Of a stretch of DNA of 64,000 bases, positions 38,157 to 47,536 are shown piece after piece; position 1 is the stretch's first letter; each line of letters opens with the position of its first letter. Below the pieces are notes generated by a model, which saw nothing but the letters and a program-made list of their open reading frames with translations, was not told where the DNA came from and did no database searches. The stretch covers positions 40,384-104,383 of the forward strand of contig JAHEYB010000001.1 in NCBI GenBank assembly GCA_023251805.1, read 5' to 3'. The position numbers and the translations under genes were made by a program. The stretch is from Bacteroidota bacterium (GTDB lineage Bacteria; Bacteroidota; Bacteroidia; 2-12-FULL-35-15).

Positions 38157-41100
38157 ATGAAAAACAATTACAAATTAATGACACGATTCAGTGTTGCATT
38201 GATGTGCAGTATGATGGTGTTCGCAAATTGCATAAACGCGCAAGTTAGCACGTATACGTTTGCTCAAATGGCAGGTGTTTCTTCACCAATCTCCGGTGGA
38301 ACGGCTGTAGCAACAGCAACAGGATTCACAGGTGTTGCCGGGTTGGATGACAATGCTTACACAGGACAAGCAATTCCATTTACTTTTACTTTTAATGGAG
38401 TTCCTTATACTTCATTCTCGGTTACTACAAATGGTTTTATAACATTTGGAGCAACTGCACCAGCAGGAACTAATTATACTCCTATTTCAAATGTTGCAAC
38501 TTATACGGGTGCTGTTGCCGCTATTGGTCGCGATATTCGTGGAGTTTATGCCACAGGAGCAACCCGCACTTTAGGGTCTAATATTTTAACAGCAGTAGTA
38601 GATGTTGGTCAAGTTTTTCCCGGTGATTTAGTTAGTATGGTAGGTGTTCCAGTTGGAACAATAGTTACTGCTGTAGGCGCAGGAACAATTACAATGTCAG
38701 CTGCCGCAACCACTACTGGTACGTCAACAGTTACATTTGCTACCGGTCAAATCAGAACAGAAACCATAGGAGTTACTCCAAATCAAATCCATGTGATTCA
38801 ATTTACACGTTTCCAAGCATACAATACATTAAATACTTCTTACAATTTTCAAATACGTTTATATGAAACGTCAAATGTTGTTGAAGTAGTTTATGGTCCA
38901 TTTATTAGTGGAGCAGCAGGTGGAACGCCTCAGGTTGGATTGCGTGGCGCAACAAACGCTGACTTTAATAATAGGACTACAACAACAGATTGGTCGGCAA
39001 CAACAGCCGGAGCAATAAATACCGCAACAGAAACATTATCTGCAACAGTATTTCCAGCTTCAGGCCAAACCTATGTTTGGACACCTCCACCATTGGTTTA
39101 TGATATGGGGGTTTCTGCATTAGCCACTCCTGCAGCTATTGGTTGTTTTGGAGCAACAGAATCTGTTAGCGTAACATTAAGAAATTATGGAACAGGTTCA
39201 ATCGATATGTCTGTGAATCCCGTTTCCGTTTCTGGGGCTGTTACAGGTCCAAATCCTGCGGCATTTGGACCAATTGTAATTAACTCGGGAATCATAGCAG
39301 CAGGTGGAACACAAACAGTTGTCCTTTCTGCTTCTTATAATATGTCAGCTGCAGGTACATATGTTTTCAACTCTACGATGACGGTTGCAGGTGATGCTAC
39401 TTCAGGAAATGATGCGATGGCTGCTGTTAGCTTGGTTAAAACAAGTCCTTCAGTATTAGCTTCATCAGATGTTGCTTTTTGCGCTGGTGGATCAACAACA
39501 ATTACTGCAGTACCAAGTCCGAATACACCTCCAGTTACTGGAACCAATGCTACAACTTTTGCTATTCCAGATAATAATCCCGTTGGTGTAAATTCTGTGA
39601 TTAATTTGAACGGAGTTCTTGGAGCAAGTAGTGTAACGTCTGTTTCATTATCTATTACACACACATTTGATGCAGATTTGGACATTACTCTAATTGCACC
39701 AAACGGATCACAAATTGATTTATCTTCTGACAATGGCGCTGGTGGTGATAATTACACAAATACTGTTTTTGTGCCAACTGGATTTCCTTCTATTACAACA
39801 GGTGTTGCCCCAATGACTGGTTCATTCACTCCTGAACAAGCATTCTCAACTTTAACCGGTTCAGGAAATGGAAACTGGACATTAAAAGTTGTAGATGATT
39901 TGGGTGCTGACGTTGGAAGCATTATATCATGGTCAATTACAATTCCTTCAGTTTCAGGAAATGCAACATATGCTTGGAGCCCTGCATTGGGATTAAGTTC
40001 TACAACAATTGCAAATCCTGTAGCGACTCCTGCTGCAACAACGACATATACAGTTTTAGTTACAGATAATAGCGGATGTACTGCGACAGATAACGTTATG
40101 GTAACTGTAAATGCTTTACCAACTGCAAGCGCATCTTCTACTCCAGTCTTATGTAATGGCGGAACATCTTCTGTAACAATTGTTGCATCAGGCGGAACTC
40201 CTGCTTATACAGGCGAAGGAACATTTACTCAATCAGCCGGAACAACAGTTTATACTGTTACGGATGCAAACTCGTGCGCAGGTACAACATCAGTTGTTGT
40301 AACAGAACCAACTGCGGTTGCTGTAACTCCAACTTCAAGTGCAATTTTGTGTAACGGTGGAACATCAACAGTAACAATTTCTGCAACAGGCGGAACTCCG
40401 GGATATACAGGAACAGGCTCATTTACACAATCTGCAGGGACAACAATTTATACTGTTACTGATGCAAACTCTTGTACGGGAACAGCTTCAGTAGTGGTAA
40501 CTCAACCAACTGCAGTTGTTGTAACTCCAACTTCAAGTGCTATTTTATGTAATGGCGGAACCTCTTCTGTAACAATTGTTGCATCAGGCGGAACACCCAC
40601 TTACACTGGTGAAGGAACATTTACACAATCAGCTGGAACAACCGTTTATACTGTTACCGATGCAAATTCTTGTACCGGCACAGCTTCTGTTGTTGTAACA
40701 GAACCAACTTTATTAGTTGCTTCTAATTCTTCTACTGCTATTCTTTGTAATGGCGGCACAGCTACAGTTACTGTTTCCGCTACAGGTGGAACAACAGCGT
40801 ACACCGGAACAGGAACATTTACACAATCAGCCGGAATGACAACCTATACCGTAACGGATGCAAACGGATGTTCAACAACAACAAATGCAACTCTTACTGA
40901 ACCCACTGCAATTGTTTTGAGTTCTTCAGAAACAGGTGTATTGTGTAATGGTGGAACATCTTCTGTTACTATTGGTGCAACAGGTGGAACTCCTGCTTAT
41001 TCAGGAGTAGGTACTTTCCCTCAGTCAGCAGGAACAATTATGTATACTGTTACTGATGGAAATGCTTGTACAGCTACAATAAATGTAACTGTTGTTGAGC

Positions 41101-42134
41101 CAACCGCATTGGTTGCTACTTCTTCCTCTACTGCTATTCTTTGTAATGGTGGAACATCAACCGTAACAGTTTCTTCAACAGGTGGAACAATTCCTTACTC
41201 AGGTGATGGAACATTTACACAATCAGCAGGAACAACAGTTTATACTGTTACTGATGCAAATGGTTGTATTGCCACAGCAAGTGAAACCATCACTGAGCCA
41301 ACAGCTGTAATGGTAATGTCTTCTTTTACTCCAATTTTATGTAATGGTGGAACATCAACTGTGACAATTAGTGCAATGGATGGAACCCCGGCATATGCAG
41401 GTGAAGGGACATTTACACAATCAGCAGGAACAACAGTTTATACTGTTACTGATGCAAATTCATGTATAGGAACAGCTTCTGTAGTTATTACTGAACCTAC
41501 AGCAATTGCTACATCGCAAACGATAAACTTATGTGCTAGTCAATCTGTAACAGTTGGAACAAGTACTTACACAACTGCCGGAACGTATACTGATATTATT
41601 GCAGCATTTAATACCTGTGATAGCACTGTTACAACAACTGTAACAACAACTGTTATTGATGTTACAACTAGCACAGCAGGAGCAGACATTACTTCAAATT
41701 CTTCAACAGGAACATATCAGTGGTTGGATTGTAACACTGCATTTGCGCCTATCACTGGCGAAACAAATCAAACCTATTCTTCCATTGCAAATGGTGATTA
41801 CGCGGTTGAAATAACAGATAATGGATGTGTTGATACTTCTGCTTGTGTGAATATTAGCACCACAGGAATTGCAAACAATTCAGAAAATGATTTGTCTGTT
41901 TATCCTAATCCAACAAACGGAACATTCAATGTTGTTATCAGCAATGCTAACATATCTGAATTAGGAATTAACATCGTTGATATTCAAGGAAAAGAAATTT
42001 TCTCTTCAATTGATAAAAATGTAAATGGTGTTTTCAACAAACAAATTAATTTAGAAGAATTATCTAAAGGAGTGTACTACATAAAAGTAACTACAGGAGC
42101 AGAGGTGAAAATTCAAAAATTAATTGTTCAATAA
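38157..42134 (+). CDS. Large T9SS-secreted surface protein: CARDB-like domain + proprotein-convertase P-domain + 7 SprB-type repeats + type-A Por C-terminal sorting domain
   Basis: 1325 aa with signal peptide. P-domain hallmarks (PDNNPVG.., DLDITLIAPNGSQIDL, GNWTLKVVDDLGADVGSIISWSITI). Repeats contain LCNGGTS..TGGTPAY.G.GTFTQSAGTT.YTVTDANSC. C-terminal LSVYPNPTNGTFNV...KLIVQ. Confidence 0.8.
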   Translation: MKNNYKLMTRFSVALMCSMMVFANCINAQVSTYTFAQMAGVSSPISGGTAVATATGFTGVAGLDDNAYTGQAIPFTFTFNGVPYTSFSVTTNGFITFGATAPAGTNYTPISNVATYTGAVAAIGRDIRGVYATGATRTLGSNILTAVVDVGQVFPGDLVSMVGVPVGTIVTAVGAGTITMSAAATTTGTSTVTFATGQIRTETIGVTPNQIHVIQFTRFQAYNTLNTSYNFQIRLYETSNVVEVVYGPFISGAAGGTPQVGLRGATNADFNNRTTTTDWSATTAGAINTATETLSATVFPASGQTYVWTPPPLVYDMGVSALATPAAIGCFGATESVSVTLRNYGTGSIDMSVNPVSVSGAVTGPNPAAFGPIVINSGIIAAGGTQTVVLSASYNMSAAGTYVFNSTMTVAGDATSGNDAMAAVSLVKTSPSVLASSDVAFCAGGSTTITAVPSPNTPPVTGTNATTFAIPDNNPVGVNSVINLNGVLGASSVTSVSLSITHTFDADLDITLIAPNGSQIDLSSDNGAGGDNYTNTVFVPTGFPSITTGVAPMTGSFTPEQAFSTLTGSGNGNWTLKVVDDLGADVGSIISWSITIPSVSGNATYAWSPALGLSSTTIANPVATPAATTTYTVLVTDNSGCTATDNVMVTVNALPTASASSTPVLCNGGTSSVTIVASGGTPAYTGEGTFTQSAGTTVYTVTDANSCAGTTSVVVTEPTAVAVTPTSSAILCNGGTSTVTISATGGTPGYTGTGSFTQSAGTTIYTVTDANSCTGTASVVVTQPTAVVVTPTSSAILCNGGTSSVTIVASGGTPTYTGEGTFTQSAGTTVYTVTDANSCTGTASVVVTEPTLLVASNSSTAILCNGGTATVTVSATGGTTAYTGTGTFTQSAGMTTYTVTDANGCSTTTNATLTEPTAIVLSSSETGVLCNGGTSSVTIGATGGTPAYSGVGTFPQSAGTIMYTVTDGNACTATINVTVVEPTALVATSSSTAILCNGGTSTVTVSSTGGTIPYSGDGTFTQSAGTTVYTVTDANGCIATASETITEPTAVMVMSSFTPILCNGGTSTVTISAMDGTPAYAGEGTFTQSAGTTVYTVTDANSCIGTASVVITEPTAIATSQTINLCASQSVTVGTSTYTTAGTYTDIIAAFNTCDSTVTTTVTTTVIDVTTSTAGADITSNSSTGTYQWLDCNTAFAPITGETNQTYSSIANGDYAVEITDNGCVDTSACVNISTTGIANNSENDLSVYPNPTNGTFNVVISNANISELGINIVDIQGKEIFSSIDKNVNGVFNKQINLEELSKGVYYIKVTTGAEVKIQKLIVQ
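40128..41513 (+). repeat. Seven in-frame tandem repeats of 198 bp (66 aa) inside the adhesin gene
   Basis: The TTA TGT AAT GGC GGA (LCNGG) anchor recurs with exact 198-bp periodicity (e.g. 40149 and 40545). Repeats 1 and 3 are nearly identical at DNA level. Confidence 0.9.
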
Positions 42135-42152
42135 ATTCTTGATTAATTGAAA

Positions 42153-42189
42153 TAAAAAAAACCAGAGATTTATCCTCTGGTTTTTTTTA
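42153..42189. terminator. Bidirectional intrinsic terminator between the adhesin gene and the isoaspartyl peptidase gene
   Basis: aaaaaaaa ccagag atttatc ctctgg tttttttt. A GC-containing stem flanked by an A-run and a T-run, between convergent genes. Confidence 0.7.
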
Positions 42190-42206
42190 TTTATATAATT
42201 TTTATT

Positions 42207-43049
42207 TTATTGAAAAACGTCTATGGTCTTCCCGTCAAAACTTCCATACACCATACTTGGATGAGAATCCAAATGATAAACAGTTCCTTTACTATCAATG
42301 GCAATCGCTCCGCAAAAGCCATCAATCTCCTTTAATTCAGTAAATGTTTTTTCAAATGCCTTATCAATTGTAAATTCATCACTCACACGTGTCACAATTT
42401 TTGTTGCCACCGATGCACTTACAATGTCTTCTCCAATTCCTGTGCAACTTACACCGCAAAATGCATTTGCATAATTGCCTGCTGTTGTTGCGGAGTCGGA
42501 AATTCTTCCCGGTACTTCAAACCCTTTTCCTCCGGTTGAGGTGGCTGCTGCAATGTTCCCATTTGCATCCAGGGCAACACAACCAACTGTCCCCAAGGAT
42601 TTGCTTTCTAATTTTGCTTCGTATTCTTTTCTGCGTTGTGGAATTTCGGGATTAAAAAAATCAAATTTATTTAAACGAGCATAAACAGTTGCCCCTTCAC
42701 CACCCAAAACTCTATCTTGTGTATTAAATAATTTTTCGGCAATACGAATGGGATTTTTTACATTTTCAATATTTATAACACCACTAAATTTGTTGCTCTT
42801 CCCATCCATTAATGAAGCACTCATTCTAATTTTGCCATCACTCTGAATTTGTGAACCAATTCCGGCATTAAATAATTCATCGTCCTCCAATTGCTCCACT
42901 GCATGCACCACTGTTTCCAATGCGGTATGCGTTTTGAGATACTCATAGGAATTAGTTAATACACGTTTCAAGGCATTCTGTTTCGCAACTTTTGTTTCCA
43001 AACTTTGTGATGATTCACTAAAAAATCCTCCGTGTATGATTAATTTCAT
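42207..43049 (-). CDS. iaaA: Isoaspartyl peptidase / L-asparaginase (Ntn hydrolase)
   Basis: 280 aa. Autoprocessing site GTVGCVALD (Thr nucleophile) and the ..GAGIGEDI.. type motif. Adjacent to cyanophycinase. Confidence 0.8.
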   Translation of the reverse strand: MKLIIHGGFFSESSQSLETKVAKQNALKRVLTNSYEYLKTHTALETVVHAVEQLEDDELFNAGIGSQIQSDGKIRMSASLMDGKSNKFSGVINIENVKNPIRIAEKLFNTQDRVLGGEGATVYARLNKFDFFNPEIPQRRKEYEAKLESKSLGTVGCVALDANGNIAAATSTGGKGFEVPGRISDSATTAGNYANAFCGVSCTGIGEDIVSASVATKIVTRVSDEFTIDKAFEKTFTELKEIDGFCGAIAIDSKGTVYHLDSHPSMVYGSFDGKTIDVFQ

Positions 43050-43079
43050 TTCCTTTTTTTATTGCCGATTGCCAACTGA

Positions 43080-43952
43080 TTAAGCGTGATGTCCAGCGAA
43101 AATAGTCATTTCGTGTTTTTCTAAATCGTATACATCGTACTGACTCAATACATGCACCACTAAATTTTTAATAGAGATAGGAGTTCCCATTTCTACTTGT
43201 GTGATATTTGTATCTTTAATTTGACGACCATCCACAAGTATCACAAGTCCTGAACCAATTGCTTCCATTAAATTTCCGTTGGTAATCAAAAGTCCGGTAT
43301 CTTCTCCCAACCCTATTCCCAAAGTGCGCGGATTACCAACTACTGCTTGAAACAATCTTCCAATTCTTCCTCTATGTACAAAATGTGTATCGATAATTAC
43401 GTGATCAATTAAGCCCAATCCGCTCGTGATTTTTACTTCTCCTTTTAACAATGCTTCACTGCTGGAACCTTGATAAATCATACTGTTGGATGCAGCTGCA
43501 GCTCCGGCAGATGTTCCTGCATAGATAAAATCTTCTTCGGTGTATTTTTTTAAAATTAAATCATGTATAGCTGTTCCTCCTAAAATAGAAGTCAAGCGCA
43601 ATTGATCTCCGCCAGTAAAAAGTACCACATCCGCTTTGGAAACTCTTGCTGCATTTGCTTCCAAAAGTGCTTCTTCACGTGTTTCAATATGAAGTACATT
43701 CACCTTTTTTGCACCTAAATATTCCAATGCTTTTGCATATTCAGGTCCAACTTCTTTTGGAATTTTTGATGCAGTAGTAATGATTTCAATTTGAGAATCC
43801 TCTTTTAATTTAGATTCGGTAATCAAACGTTTTAAAATCCCGGTCTCGAAAAAATTTAGATTTTTTTCTACTTGTTTATCGAAATTCTTTTCTGTAAAAC
43901 TCCCTTTGTCTACAGCCCCCCCAATTACGATTAGTTTTCCTTTAGGATTCAT
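43080..43952 (-). CDS. cphB: Cyanophycinase
   Basis: 290 aa peptidase S51. ..FTGGDQLRL.., catalytic Ser context GTSAGAA, ..IDTHF..RGR..RL... Confidence 0.85.
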   Translation of the reverse strand: MNPKGKLIVIGGAVDKGSFTEKNFDKQVEKNLNFFETGILKRLITESKLKEDSQIEIITTASKIPKEVGPEYAKALEYLGAKKVNVLHIETREEALLEANAARVSKADVVLFTGGDQLRLTSILGGTAIHDLILKKYTEEDFIYAGTSAGAAAASNSMIYQGSSSEALLKGEVKITSGLGLIDHVIIDTHFVHRGRIGRLFQAVVGNPRTLGIGLGEDTGLLITNGNLMEAIGSGLVILVDGRQIKDTNITQVEMGTPISIKNLVVHVLSQYDVYDLEKHEMTIFAGHHA

Positions 43953-44299
43953 CGATCAGTTTTTTAAAAGTAGTGAAATAGCGTTTAATTTTATATCATA
44001 AAAATAACTTTTAAACCAATATATTATTCGTAATAATCCTTTATTTATTAAGAGCATGTTGTGGATTATTCAATTGGCCCCACCTTGAACAAGGAGAAGG
44101 TTTGGCTGAGGTTTTAAAACGAATTTTCTTTGATTTCATAAAATTTCCTTTTATCTTACATCGATTTGTGCCCAAATGAAGCACAAAAGCTACTCAAAAG
44201 ACAATGATAGATTTATGAAATAGCCCTGCGCATTATATGAAATATAGGTAACAGGTAGGGCGTATACCATATGACAACTAAAAAAACAGATAATTACAT

Positions 44300-46921
44300 A
44301 TGAAAATACTTAGTGTACAAGCCTTACGCGGACCGAATATTTGGAGTGTCAGAAGAAAGAAATTAATCCAGATGCGTTTGGATTTAGAAGAGCTGGAAGC
44401 CTTGCCAACAAACAAAATAGAAGGATTTCGTGAACGATTGGAAGCCATGTTTCCAACCATGATTGAACACCGCTGCTCCGAAGAAGTAAGAGGCGGTTTT
44501 TTTCAACGCATCGAACGTGGTACTTGGATGGGACATGTAATTGAACACATTGCCCTTGAAACACAGTCCCTAGCCGGCATGGAAACCGGATTCGGACGAA
44601 CCCGTGAGACAAAAACTCCGGGAATTTATAATGTTGTTTTTAGTTACGTAGAAGAAAAAGTGGGTCTTTTTGCTGCCGAATCAGCTGTGCAAATCGCTCA
44701 ATCATTGGTAGATAATAAACCTTATGATTTGCAAGCCGACTTGAAAAAAATGCGTGAAATTCGTGAGGATGTCCGCCTTGGGCCAAGCACCGGAAGTATT
44801 GTTGACGAAGCTGTTGCTCGTGATATTCCTTGGATTCGCCTAGGCACTAATTCTCTTGTACAACTTGGATATGGCGTAAACCAAATGCGCTTTCAGGCAA
44901 CCATTACTTGCAAAACCAGCAGCATTGCCGTTGATATTGCTTGCAATAAAGAACAAACGAAACAAATGTTGGATGCCGCTTCTATTCCCGTTGCTAAAGG
45001 CGATATTTGTGTAGATGAAGAAGATTTAGAAGTGACCATTAAACGAATTGGGTATCCAATTGTATTAAAACCATTAGATGGAAATCATGGTAAAGGGGTT
45101 TCAATCAATGTAAATAAATGGGAAGAGGCTGTGGAAGGATTAGTTTTTGCTCAAAAATATTCGCGTAAAGTAATTGTAGAACGTTTCATAACAGGTTTCG
45201 ATTTCCGTATGCTAGTCATCGATAATAAATTGGTAGCTGCTGCACAACGTGTTCCTGCAAACGTAGTTGGAGATGGGAAACAAACCATTCAGCAGCTTAT
45301 AGATGAAACAAATAAAGATCCGCGCAGAGGTTACGGACATGAAAATGTATTAACCGAAATTACTGTCGACAGAGACACAATGGATTTGCTGGAAAAGAAA
45401 AGCTATACGCTCGAATCAATTCCTCCTGCAAAAGAAATTGTGTATTTAAAATCTACTGCAAATTTAAGTACAGGCGGAACGTCCATTGATGTCACAGATA
45501 TGGTGCATCCCGAAAATATATTTTTAGCTGAACGCATTTCACGCGTTATTGGATTGGATGTTTGTGGAATTGACATCATGGCAAAAAATTTAACACAGTC
45601 ATTAAAAGAAAATGGCGGTGTTATTTTAGAAGTAAATGCTGCACCCGGATTTAGAATGCATTTAGCTCCGTCAGAAGGCCTGCCTCGTAACGTTGCAGCT
45701 CCTGTAATCGATATGCTTTATCCTTTAGGAAAACCTTCACGCATTCCTATTATTGCAGTGACTGGTACAAATGGTAAAACAACGACCACTCGTTTGATTG
45801 CACACATCGTAAAAAACAATGGATATAAAGTTGGATTCACAACTTCAGATGGAATTTATGTGCAAAATCACATGCTTGAAAAAGGTGATACCACCGGACC
45901 ATTAAGTACCGAATTTATTTTGAAAGACCCTACTGTTGAATTTGCTGTTTTAGAAACCGCTCGCGGTGGAATTCTCCGTGCAGGTTTAGGCTTTAGTAGA
46001 TGCGATATTGGAATCATTACTAACATACAGGAAGACCATTTAGGCTTAAGCGACATTCACGACTTAAAAGATTTGGCAAGAGTAAAAGCGGTTGTAGTAA
46101 ACAGCGTAAAGAAAGATGGTTGGGCGGTATTAAATGCGGAAGATGAAAATTGTGTAGAGATTGCAAAAAATTTAGATTGTAAAGTAGCGTACTTTAGTAT
46201 GAATGAACATTGTGATGTCATTGTAAATCATTGTAGGGCAGGAGGAATTGCAGCCATTTACGAAAACGGCTACATCACCATCAAAAAAGGAGATTGGAAA
46301 ATGCGTGTTGAAAAAGCAACACATGTACCTCTTACCTTGAATGGAAAAGCAAAATTCATGATTGCAAATGTTTTAGCAGCAACCTTAGCAAGTTACTTAT
46401 GGGGATTTAAAACGGAAGACATTAAATTATCTTTAGCTACATTTATCCCGAGTGCAGCTCAAACTCCTGGAAGAATGAACATTTTCGATTTCAAGAAATT
46501 TAAAGTGATGATTGATTTTGCACACAACCCTTCCGGCTATTTGGGCATTGAAGATTTTCTGCAAAGTATTAAATCACCACACAAGGTTGGAATTATAGCC
46601 GGGGTGGGAGATAGAAGGGATGCTGACATTAAAGATTGTGCAGTAATCGCTGCACGAATGTTTGATCATATTATCATCCGTCAGGAAAAACATTTGCGCG
46701 GACGAACAGAAGAAGAAATCATCAATTTAATTATTGAAGGAATCAAATCTGTTGATAAGGAAGTGACCTACGAAATCATCCCGAAAGAAACAGATGCGAT
46801 TAAACACGCTATCAATATTGCAAAAGAAGGAACATTCATTACTGCTTTAAGCGATGTAATTACAAACGCAATTGAAGTGGTGCAACAACATTTGGATAAA
46901 GAAGTAGAGGAGGAGGCGTAA
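44300..46921 (+). CDS. cphA: Cyanophycin synthetase
   Basis: 873 aa. MKILSVQALRGPNIWS N-domain, central ATP-grasp, C-terminal Mur-ligase-like domain with P-loop GTNGKTTT. Confidence 0.9.
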   Translation: MKILSVQALRGPNIWSVRRKKLIQMRLDLEELEALPTNKIEGFRERLEAMFPTMIEHRCSEEVRGGFFQRIERGTWMGHVIEHIALETQSLAGMETGFGRTRETKTPGIYNVVFSYVEEKVGLFAAESAVQIAQSLVDNKPYDLQADLKKMREIREDVRLGPSTGSIVDEAVARDIPWIRLGTNSLVQLGYGVNQMRFQATITCKTSSIAVDIACNKEQTKQMLDAASIPVAKGDICVDEEDLEVTIKRIGYPIVLKPLDGNHGKGVSINVNKWEEAVEGLVFAQKYSRKVIVERFITGFDFRMLVIDNKLVAAAQRVPANVVGDGKQTIQQLIDETNKDPRRGYGHENVLTEITVDRDTMDLLEKKSYTLESIPPAKEIVYLKSTANLSTGGTSIDVTDMVHPENIFLAERISRVIGLDVCGIDIMAKNLTQSLKENGGVILEVNAAPGFRMHLAPSEGLPRNVAAPVIDMLYPLGKPSRIPIIAVTGTNGKTTTTRLIAHIVKNNGYKVGFTTSDGIYVQNHMLEKGDTTGPLSTEFILKDPTVEFAVLETARGGILRAGLGFSRCDIGIITNIQEDHLGLSDIHDLKDLARVKAVVVNSVKKDGWAVLNAEDENCVEIAKNLDCKVAYFSMNEHCDVIVNHCRAGGIAAIYENGYITIKKGDWKMRVEKATHVPLTLNGKAKFMIANVLAATLASYLWGFKTEDIKLSLATFIPSAAQTPGRMNIFDFKKFKVMIDFAHNPSGYLGIEDFLQSIKSPHKVGIIAGVGDRRDADIKDCAVIAARMFDHIIIRQEKHLRGRTEEEIINLIIEGIKSVDKEVTYEIIPKETDAIKHAINIAKEGTFITALSDVITNAIEVVQQHLDKEVEEEA

Positions 46922-46924
46922 ATT

Positions 46925-47452
46925 TTATTTCACTTTTTTGTAAAGCGGAACAGTAGAACAAGGCTCACCATACATAATGCTTTTTGCTACTGGACGCAAC
47001 AAGCTTGTAATTTGCACATAGGCTGCATTTGGAACAGGTAAATCACCACATCCTTTTATTACGATGCGCGCATCTTTGTATTCATCAATACGTAATTGAT
47101 TTAATATTTCGGAATACAAAACGGTTTCCAAGGTTTCTAAATTTCCGAAAACTACTTTTTTAGCAATGGGTTCTAATTGTGTTGCCAACAACATGTACGC
47201 CCATGTTGGAACAATGGCATCTGCAGTGCAAATTAATGCTACATATTTATCTTTGTATTTGTTCCAGTCTTCATTTTTGATGAATTCTCTAAAGTCTTTT
47301 TCACGCAAAATTAATCCTTGAAAAAGTAAGTCTTTGATATCAAACAATACGCGTTCTCCTTGAGGATAGAAACTCTCCAAGTCGATTGTTACAATACCGC
47401 TTTGTGCTACTTTATTTACAATTTCGTCTTTCATTTTTATTGTTCTTTCCAA
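46925..47452 (-). CDS. DUF2480-family protein
   Basis: 175 aa. Family recognised from overall sequence (..GIVTIDLE.., ..ALICTADAIVP.WAYMLL..). Frequently near suf genes in Bacteroidota. Confidence 0.6.
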   Translation of the reverse strand: MERTIKMKDEIVNKVAQSGIVTIDLESFYPQGERVLFDIKDLLFQGLILREKDFREFIKNEDWNKYKDKYVALICTADAIVPTWAYMLLATQLEPIAKKVVFGNLETLETVLYSEILNQLRIDEYKDARIVIKGCGDLPVPNAAYVQITSLLRPVAKSIMYGEPCSTVPLYKKVK

Positions 47453-47536
47453 AATTTAGTTCCTTTCCCTTCGATGTTTCTGCTTCAACGCAGAATGCTC
47501 AGGGTGACGGTTTAAAATTATATTCAATTAATAAAC

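Noticed and set aside
39335-39733. 132-aa antisense ORF inside the adhesin gene, and similar nested or antisense ORFs (e.g. 313-537, 3897-4139, 15029-15280, 27768-28181, 42389-42684, 57197-57514)
   Set aside because: All lie wholly inside strongly supported conserved genes on the opposite strand or in another frame. They have low-complexity or odd composition and no recognisable motifs.
40128-41513. Regular 198-bp periodicity, considered as a possible CRISPR-like or satellite array
   Set aside because: The repeats are in frame within a long ORF and encode SprB-type protein repeats. There is no repeat/spacer alternation and there are no cas genes.
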